The notes below the pieces were generated by a model that worked only from the letters and a program-made list of their open reading frames with translations, had not been told where the DNA came from and did no database searches. The position numbers and the translations under genes are program-made. A DNA stretch of 63,940 nucleotides, counting the filler. It is 6 parts of 6 records of this genome, joined end to end, with 100 filler letters (N's around TTAATTAATTAA, not from the genome) between each part and the next. Parts side by side here need not be neighbours in the genome. Positions count along the whole stretch, not along the records: positions 57,158 to 60,398 come from SRR20825010_1715; positions 60,499 to 63,940 come from SRR20825010_1752; 4 more parts are not named here. One strand, given 5' to 3'. Below, piece by piece: positions 57,365 to 63,940 of the stretch. Position 1 is the first letter of the stretch. Each line of letters begins with the position of its first letter.

Positions 57365-59092
57365 ATGAACAGGACACCCACTTACCCCGGCGGCATCGAC
57401 GCCATCATCGCCCAGTATGAGGCCCGCCGCGCCCCGCTGCCACGCGACCACGGGTTGCCGCCTGTCAACGCCGATCTCACAGCCCTGGCAAACCAGATCG
57501 TCGACGACCCGGACAAGGGCCCTTTTGCCCCGCCCTTTGCCGACAATCTGCAGCGCAAGACCTATCAGCTGCGCAAGGAATTGCAGGGGCAGTCGGAACT
57601 GACCGTCCTGCACGGGCTGACCATCTCACACTTGCGCAAGCGCAGCTTTCCCGATCACGCGCCACTGCTGTTCCAGCGCTTGTGGGCCGACCAAGGCACG
57701 CACCTGCTGGACCAACTTGACGCGCGCTGGCTGGTCTCTGCGGTCACGACCTTTGGCGACCACGGCACCACCCCGGTGCAGCGCAGCACCGGCCTTGCCC
57801 TCACAACCCTCTTTGGGATGATGAAGCTCTACGAAAGCGAACGCCTCTACAGCGGCAAATCGCCCGACACCCCCTTTGCCGTCACCGATCGCCACCGTGC
57901 CAAACTGCCGCTTCAGATGGACGCCTATGCGCTGGTCGGCGGCGGGTTGGACGTCAACCTGATCGCGCGTCTGTGGCAAGAGGCCGAAGGCGATCCGGTG
58001 ATCCAACCGCTGGCGCATCACCTGCTGGATCTGCTGATCCATGATCCGGCAGGGATTTTCCGCCGCCTGTCGATCATGTCCGCCCGCAAGGCCCGCCGCG
58101 ACAAATCGCAGACCATGGCGGAAAACCCCGCCCCGGTCCCTGCCCGCCCGCGCAAAACGGCAGAGACCTTGCGCTGGGGCCTTGTCAGCACCATCAAGGC
58201 ACCGCTGCCCCAGATCGCGCGCTTTGCCGCCCATCACCTCGACCTTGGGGCGCAGGATTTGCACCTCTACCTCGACCACCCCGATGTTGAGGCTGCGGCC
58301 TTTCTGTCACGCCATCCGCGCATCCACGTCACCCAGTGTGACGATGCCTATTGGCAGGCTGCGGGGCGCGCCCGGCCAGAAGCGCACCAGTTGCGACAAG
58401 CCTTCAACGCCACGCGCACCCTGCGCGCCTGCGCGGATACACTCGACTGGTTGGGCCATATCGACCACGACGAGTTCCTGATCCCGGCGCAGCCCCTGTC
58501 GCAGATCCTTGCCAGCATCGCCCCCGACATCGCGCTGGCCCGCGTTCCGCCGGCAGAGGCACTGGCGCGCGAGGACGGCCCGCCCCGGCATTTCAAGCTG
58601 ACCCACAAACAGGCCGGGGTGAAGAAATCGCAGCTACAGGACATCTACCCCACCTTTGGCCTGCATTTGTTCGGCGGTTTCCTCAGTCACACAGGCGGCA
58701 AGGTCTTTGCCCGCCCCGGCATTCCCGACACCCGCCTTGGCATCCATACACTGAAATACAAAGGCGAGGACGCCACCAACCGCACCAAGCCCGACGGGCT
58801 GTTTCTGGCGCATTTCCACGCACCCGACTGGGCCCATTTTCACAGCCACCTGACGTTTCGCCGCGAAAAGGGATCTTACCGATCGAACGACGCTCGCCCC
58901 GAGATGGGACAGGGCGAACTGCTGGCCTACCTGGAACAAGAAGAGGGAGAGGCCGGTCTGCGCGCCTTCTTTGATGAGATCTGCGCCGATACGCCAGAAC
59001 TGCGTGCCCGACTTGCGGCGCATGGCATGTTGCTGAGCCATGAGTTTGACTTTGACGCCTGCGTCCGGCGCGTGTTCGGGGTCTTGCCGTGA
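57365..59092 (+). CDS. Fusion of an uncharacterised N-terminal domain and a GT2-like (Glyco_tranf_2_4-type) glycosyltransferase
   Basis: C-half WGLVSTIKAP...WLGHIDHDEF (DxD) is paralogous to the next gene; N-half contains RWLVSAVTTFGDHG and KLYESER. Confidence 0.75.
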   Translation: MNRTPTYPGGIDAIIAQYEARRAPLPRDHGLPPVNADLTALANQIVDDPDKGPFAPPFADNLQRKTYQLRKELQGQSELTVLHGLTISHLRKRSFPDHAPLLFQRLWADQGTHLLDQLDARWLVSAVTTFGDHGTTPVQRSTGLALTTLFGMMKLYESERLYSGKSPDTPFAVTDRHRAKLPLQMDAYALVGGGLDVNLIARLWQEAEGDPVIQPLAHHLLDLLIHDPAGIFRRLSIMSARKARRDKSQTMAENPAPVPARPRKTAETLRWGLVSTIKAPLPQIARFAAHHLDLGAQDLHLYLDHPDVEAAAFLSRHPRIHVTQCDDAYWQAAGRARPEAHQLRQAFNATRTLRACADTLDWLGHIDHDEFLIPAQPLSQILASIAPDIALARVPPAEALAREDGPPRHFKLTHKQAGVKKSQLQDIYPTFGLHLFGGFLSHTGGKVFARPGIPDTRLGIHTLKYKGEDATNRTKPDGLFLAHFHAPDWAHFHSHLTFRREKGSYRSNDARPEMGQGELLAYLEQEEGEAGLRAFFDEICADTPELRARLAAHGMLLSHEFDFDACVRRVFGVLP

Positions 59093-60039
59093 CGCGATGG
59101 GGCACCGTCACGACAGTCAAGGCGCCGCTGAAGGCAATCCAAACCTTTGCCGCCTGGCACCTAGAACAGGGGGCGCACCGGATCTACATCTACCTTGATG
59201 AGGACGCGCCACAGACCTTTGCCACCCTCAAGGCCCATCCGAAAATCCGCGTCACGCAAACCGACGCCGCCTATTGGGCCAAGCGCAATGGCCGTCCGGA
59301 CAAACATCAGGCCCGGCAGTCCGCCAACGCCCGTCACGCCAACAACCGCAAGCCAGAGGTCGACTGGTTGGCCCATATCGACGTGGACGAATTCCTGCTC
59401 AGCGACCGGGCGATTTCCGACCAACTGTCCGCCCTGCCCGCCGACGCGCTCTGCGCCCGCGTCCGGCCCGTAGAGGCGCTGGCCCCCGGCAACGCCACCG
59501 CCCCCGGAGAGACCGCCTTTAAGGCGTTTCATCTGGACCAAACCGCCCGCCAACAGGCGGCACAGGCTTGTTTCCCCACTTGGGGCCAGCACCTGTCAGG
59601 CGGTTTTCTCAGCCATGTGGCGGGCAAACTGTTCTTTCGCGCCGGTACCAAAGGCCTGCAAATCCGCATCCACAACGTGATCCTGAACGATGTACAAAAT
59701 CCCGGTCAGGTGGCGCTGCCCGACATCGAACTGGGCCATTTCCATGCCGACAGTTGGGAGCATTTTTTGGATGCTTACCGCTTTCGTTTGGCGCGTGGGT
59801 CTTACCGGGCTGAATTGAAGCCGCAGGCGCGCGGCAAAAATGCCCTGACACTGCACGATCTGTTTCAACGCATCGAAGCGGCAGGCGGCGAACCCGCCCT
59901 GCGTCAATTCTACGACGAAGTCTGCGTCGCCAACTCCACGCTGTGTGACAAGCTAGCCGCCCATGAACTGCTGCGCCGCCACCATCTGCGGCTGGACAAA
60001 ATCCGCGATTGTCACTTTCCTGTGATCAATCAGGCTTAA
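59089..60039 (+). CDS. GT2-like (Glyco_tranf_2_4-type) glycosyltransferase
   Basis: WGTVTTVKAP, IYLD, WLAHIDVDEF, GFLSH-x-x-GK. Confidence 0.85.
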   Translation: MTRWGTVTTVKAPLKAIQTFAAWHLEQGAHRIYIYLDEDAPQTFATLKAHPKIRVTQTDAAYWAKRNGRPDKHQARQSANARHANNRKPEVDWLAHIDVDEFLLSDRAISDQLSALPADALCARVRPVEALAPGNATAPGETAFKAFHLDQTARQQAAQACFPTWGQHLSGGFLSHVAGKLFFRAGTKGLQIRIHNVILNDVQNPGQVALPDIELGHFHADSWEHFLDAYRFRLARGSYRAELKPQARGKNALTLHDLFQRIEAAGGEPALRQFYDEVCVANSTLCDKLAAHELLRRHHLRLDKIRDCHFPVINQA

Positions 60040-60239
60040 ACTGAATCTAAATCCACGTTCTCGAACCAGTCAATCTGTGTCTTATCCGCCTTACAGCCAC
60101 GTCCCGATTGACCTTTTGCCAAGATTTTAATAAGGCAAGCCTCACCAAGGGGATGAATGCACTGCTTATGGACCACGCGGGTCCGCTCCCCATCAGATGC
60201 GCGGGCCAGGTACAGTGTCCGCAAAACAATCGGACATCA

Positions 60240-60398
60240 ATGACCAAATTTTCTGATCTGAACCTCAGCCCGAAAGTCCTGAAAGCCGTCGAAGAGGCTG
60301 GCTATGAAACGCCCACGCCGATTCAGGAAGGTGCCATTCCGCCCGCTCTGGAAGGCAAGGACGTTCTTGGCATCGCCCAGACGGGCACCGGCAAGACC
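60240..60398 (+). CDS. DEAD-box RNA helicase, 3'-truncated
   Basis: Q motif GYETPTPIQ and AQTGTGKT. Confidence 0.9.
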
Positions 60399-60500
60399 NN
60401 NNNNNNNNNNNNNNNNNNNNNNNNNNNNNNNNNNNNNNNNNNTTAATTAATTAANNNNNNNNNNNNNNNNNNNNNNNNNNNNNNNNNNNNNNNNNNNNTC

Positions 60501-60914
60501 ATCGCCATCGCCATCACCGCATGGCCGGTTTATGCGCGCATCGCTCGCGCCGAGACGATCACCTTTCGCGATTCGGAATTCATCTCGGCGGTCAGGCTGC
60601 AGGGCGCTTCTGCAACGCGGGTCATCCTGCGTCACGTTCTGCCGCTCTGCGCGTCCTCGACCATTGTGCGCGTGACGCTCGACATGGCGGGCATCATCCT
60701 CACCGCCGCCGGCCTCGGCTTCCTTGGCCTCGGCGCGCAGCCGCCTTTGCCTGAATGGGGCGCGATGATCTCGCGCGGGCGCAACTTCATCCTCGATCAG
60801 TGGTGGGTCGCCACCATGCCCGGCTTTGCGATCATCCTTGTCAGCCTCGGCTTCTGCTTCCTGGGCGATGGTCTGCGTGACGTGCTCGATCCCAAGCAGG
60901 GAGAAGAGCAATGA
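60501..60914 (+). CDS. Peptide/nickel ABC permease (DppC-like), 5'-truncated
   Basis: WP-x-YARIAR, LGFLGLGAQPP-x-PEWG, GDGLRD-x-LDP. Confidence 0.9.
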   Translation: MAIAITAWPVYARIARAETITFRDSEFISAVRLQGASATRVILRHVLPLCASSTIVRVTLDMAGIILTAAGLGFLGLGAQPPLPEWGAMISRGRNFILDQWWVATMPGFAIILVSLGFCFLGDGLRDVLDPKQGEEQ

Positions 60915-61756
60915 GTGCACCGCTGCTTGAAATCGAAAACCTGACCGTCACCTTCCCCACATCCCGCGGACCGGTCGACGTGGTGCAGGGCATTTCCTTC
61001 TCGCTCGGCCGTGAGCGTCTGGGCATCGTCGGCGAATCCGGCTCCGGCAAGTCGATGACGGGCCGCTCCATCCTGCGGCTCATCCGCAAGCCGGGCCGTG
61101 TTGCGGCGGACCGGATGACCTTCGACGGCATCGACCTTTTGGCGCAGAGCGAACGGCAGATGCGCGAGCTTCGCGGCGCGCGCATCTCCATGGTGATGCA
61201 GGACCCGAAATTCTCGCTGAACCCGGTGATGACCATTGGCGAGCAGATCGGCGAGGCGCTGCTGACCCACAAGAAGCTGCCGCGCGGCGAGCTGAAGGCG
61301 CGGGTGCTTTCCATGCTGGAAGCCGTGCGCATCAACGAGCCGGAGCGTGTGGCGAACCTCTATCCGCACGAGGTTTCGGGCGGCATGGGCCAACGCGTCA
61401 TGATCGCGATGATGCTCATCCCCGAGCCCGACCTTCTGATCGCCGACGAGCCGACTTCGGCGCTCGACGTTTCGGTGCAGGCGCAGGTGCTCGACATCAT
61501 CGACGATCTGGTGACCGGCAAGGGCATGGGGCTGATCCTCATCAGCCACGATCTGAACCTCGTCTCGCGCTACTGCGACCGCATCCTCGTGATGAACAGC
61601 GGCGAGATCGTTGAAACCTGCAAGGCCAGCGACCTCAACAGGGCGACGCACCCCTATACAAGGGGGCTTCTTGCGGCCATGCCGCGCATGGACGAGGACC
61701 GCGACGAACTGCCGGTGCTCGACCGCAGCACCTGGACCACGGGAGCGGGCACATGA
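60911..61756 (+). CDS. Peptide ABC ATP-binding protein (DppD-like)
   Basis: [33 protein letters not shown]. Confidence 0.92.
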   Translation: MSAPLLEIENLTVTFPTSRGPVDVVQGISFSLGRERLGIVGESGSGKSMTGRSILRLIRKPGRVAADRMTFDGIDLLAQSERQMRELRGARISMVMQDPKFSLNPVMTIGEQIGEALLTHKKLPRGELKARVLSMLEAVRINEPERVANLYPHEVSGGMGQRVMIAMMLIPEPDLLIADEPTSALDVSVQAQVLDIIDDLVTGKGMGLILISHDLNLVSRYCDRILVMNSGEIVETCKASDLNRATHPYTRGLLAAMPRMDEDRDELPVLDRSTWTTGAGT

Positions 61757-62505
61757 AGAACGCCGCCATTCATCTCGAAAACCTGTCGATCAGCTACGGC
61801 AAGACGCCGGTGGTGTTCGATGTCGATTTCTCGGTGGCCGAGGGCGAGAGCTTTGCGCTGGTGGGCGAGTCGGGCTCCGGCAAGTCGACCATCCTGCGCG
61901 CGATCAGCGGCCTTGCACCCGACTGGACCGGCAGGATCTCCGTGCTCGGAAAGCCGCGCGGCCATGCGCCGGACCGCGAATTCGCAAAAGTCTGCCAGAT
62001 GGTGTTTCAGGATCCGTACGGATCGCTGCATCCGCGCAAGACGGTGGATGACTGCCTGGCCGAACCGCTTGCCGTGCACGGCATCGGCGGACGCGACACG
62101 CGCGTGAAGGACATGCTCGACGCGGTCGGTCTCGACCAGCGTTTCCGCTTCCGCTTTCCGCACCAGCTTTCAGGCGGCCAGCGGCAGCGCGTGGCGATTG
62201 CCCGTGCGCTGATGCTGGAGCCGCGCGTGATGCTGCTCGACGAGCCCACCTCGGCGCTCGACGTCTCGGTGCAGGCGGAAATCCTCAACCTCCTGAAGAA
62301 GCTGCGCCGCGAGCAGGGGCTCACCTATCTGATGGTGACCCACAATCTGCCCGTGGTCTCCTTCCTCTGCGACCGGATGGCGGTCATGCGTCATGGCCGC
62401 GTTGTCGAGATCGCAGAGGTGGATGCGCTGAAGACGGGTCGGCTTTCCGATCCCTATTCGCGCGAACTCTACGCCGCCAGCGGCGGCACGCTCCAACCCG
62501 CATAA
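61753..62505 (+). CDS. Peptide ABC ATP-binding protein (DppF-like)
   Basis: [34 protein letters not shown]. Confidence 0.92.
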   Translation: MKNAAIHLENLSISYGKTPVVFDVDFSVAEGESFALVGESGSGKSTILRAISGLAPDWTGRISVLGKPRGHAPDREFAKVCQMVFQDPYGSLHPRKTVDDCLAEPLAVHGIGGRDTRVKDMLDAVGLDQRFRFRFPHQLSGGQRQRVAIARALMLEPRVMLLDEPTSALDVSVQAEILNLLKKLRREQGLTYLMVTHNLPVVSFLCDRMAVMRHGRVVEIAEVDALKTGRLSDPYSRELYAASGGTLQPA

Positions 62506-62517
62506 CAGAGACTGAAA

Positions 62518-63015
62518 ATGACCGACTACACCGGCCCGCTGGCCGAATTCGACCGTGCGCTTTCACGCGCCACGACCCCGGATGCACCCTTCGATGCGCT
62601 TTTGGAGCTGACGCGTGCCGTGGTCGGCACGAAGCTGTTCACCTTCATGACCGCCGACATGAAGACGGAAACGGCAAGCCGTTCCTACACCTCGCATCCG
62701 GAAGAATATCCCGTCTCCGGCACCAAGCCGATCCATTATGACCGCTGGTTCGAGACCGTGCACAAAAAGCGCGAATGCTTCGTCGCCAACACGCTGGCCG
62801 ACATCGACACCGTGTTCCCCGACGCTACGCTGATCGGCAAGCTCGGCTGCGGTTCGGTCATCAACCTGCCGGTGGTGCTGGGCGATACGCTGGTCGGCAC
62901 CGTCAACATGCTCGATGTCGAGCACCACTACACGCCCGAGCGTGTGGCGCTGGCGAAGGCCTGGCTCTCGGTGCCGGCAAAGGCAGCCTATCTCGCCAGC
63001 CGGGCATTGGGCTAA
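62518..63015 (+). CDS. Stand-alone GAF domain protein
   Basis: YPVSGTKP, FPD, LGCGSVINLPV, GTVNML. Confidence 0.8.
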   Translation: MTDYTGPLAEFDRALSRATTPDAPFDALLELTRAVVGTKLFTFMTADMKTETASRSYTSHPEEYPVSGTKPIHYDRWFETVHKKRECFVANTLADIDTVFPDATLIGKLGCGSVINLPVVLGDTLVGTVNMLDVEHHYTPERVALAKAWLSVPAKAAYLASRALG

Positions 63016-63105
63016 GCCGTTTCCCACCTTTGCCTCGGGAGAAAATAGGGTATACGTGCCGCGGGCGGCGAAGCCGCCTGTCGCACAACCCGAGGAAGAG
63101 CAAAG

Positions 63106-63940
63106 ATGTCGAACCGCGTTGCCTGGCATGAATTGTCCAAACTGTCCGCTGACGAGCGTAGGACGCTGCTGACGCGAACGGAAGACGATCTCACCCATTT
63201 CCTCGAAAATGTCGCCCCGATCATCGACGCGGTTCGAGAAGAGGGCGATACGGCTCTATCCCGTTTTGCGCGCCTGTTCGACAAGGCACAGGTGGAGCCT
63301 CACGAGATCGCGGCGACGGAAGACGATTTCGATGCCGCCTTCAGGGCGCTCGATCCAGAAATGATCGAGACGCTGGAATTCTGCGCCGACAATATCCGCC
63401 GTTTCCACGAGGCACAGCGGCCGCAGGAAATGTGGATGAAGGAAATCCGCCCCGGCGTTCTGGTCGGAGAACGGGCCACGCCCATCGACAGCGTTGCGCT
63501 TTATTCGCCGCGCGGCAAGGGCACCTTCCCTTCGATGACGCTCATGACGGCGATCCCCGCCGTGGTGGCCGGAGTGCCCCTGCCCATCGTGCTCACACCG
63601 CCCGGACCCGATGGCAAGGTGGATGCCGCAACGCTGGTTGCCGCGCGCATTGCCGGCGTCAGGCACGTCTACAAGGCCGGTGGTGGCCAGGCCGTCGCCG
63701 CCGCCGCCTATGGCACGGCTACGGTGCCGCGTTGCGCCAGGTTCGAGGGGCCGGGCAGCCCGTGGATCGCCGCTGCCAAGCGTCTGCTGCAAGGCCAGAT
63801 CGCCTCGCGCCTTCCCGCTGGTCCTACAGAAAGCATCGTGCTTGCCGACGAGACAGCTGATCCCGAAATCGCAGCGCTCGATCTCTTGGTCGAGGCCGAA
63901 CACGGCAGTGACAGCTCCAATTTCCTGGTCACCTGGTCGC
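63106..63940 (+). CDS. hisD: Histidinol dehydrogenase homologue (divergent paralogue), 3'-truncated
   Basis: Manual translation MSNRVAWHEL...NIRRFH...YSPRGKGTFPS...GGGQAVAA...GPGSPW...PAGPTE...DLLVEAEHG; no stop in the window, so missing from the ORF track. Confidence 0.85.
   Translation, partial: MSNRVAWHELSKLSADERRTLLTRTEDDLTHFLENVAPIIDAVREEGDTALSRFARLFDKAQVEPHEIAATEDDFDAAFRALDPEMIETLEFCADNIRRFHEAQRPQEMWMKEIRPGVLVGERATPIDSVALYSPRGKGTFPSMTLMTAIPAVVAGVPLPIVLTPPGPDGKVDAATLVAARIAGVRHVYKAGGGQAVAAAAYGTATVPRCARFEGPGSPWIAAAKRLLQGQIASRLPAGPTESIVLADETADPEIAALDLLVEAEHGSDSSNFLVTWS

Overview
The window is not one replicon. It is six contigs joined by 100-nt N/TTAATTAATTAA/N spacers (29039-29138, 35461-35560, 42743-42842, 57058-57157, 60399-60498). 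Contigs 1 (1-29038) and 4 (42843-57057) look gammaproteobacterial (Alcanivorax-like, inferred) and share repeat families. They carry a tRNA-Glu 5' end, ccmABCDE, a guanidine-II riboswitch with sugE/gdx, metR-mesX-mesD, a sigma54/ANTAR-controlled nitrate ABC cluster with nasT/nasS, mrcB-lpoP-ybaK, srkA, sfsA, a dksA with a very long histone-H1-like extension, gluQ and cbrX-cbrA-cbrB. Contigs 2, 3, 5 and 6 look alphaproteobacterial: a GcvT-family dehydrogenase, type III PKS + ICMT, RutR-regulated reductive pyrimidine catabolism, GT2-like glycosyltransferases, and a peptide ABC transporter + GAF protein + divergent HisD paralogue. The most striking signal is an AT-richer island at about 25250-27800. 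It holds an integrase-less integron-like array: an attI-like site plus two gene cassettes whose ends pair perfectly (GTTAGTG/CACTAAC and GTTCTGT/ACAGAAC), closed by unusually short attC-like hairpins of 52 and 48 bp. The array is preceded by an IHF site and a GacA-box-like palindrome, and sits next to a DUF2971 gene bracketed by GGGGTCAG-type inverted repeats. Four intergenic elements with 7-nt-periodic inverted arms are also present. All family calls come from motif recognition, not database searches.
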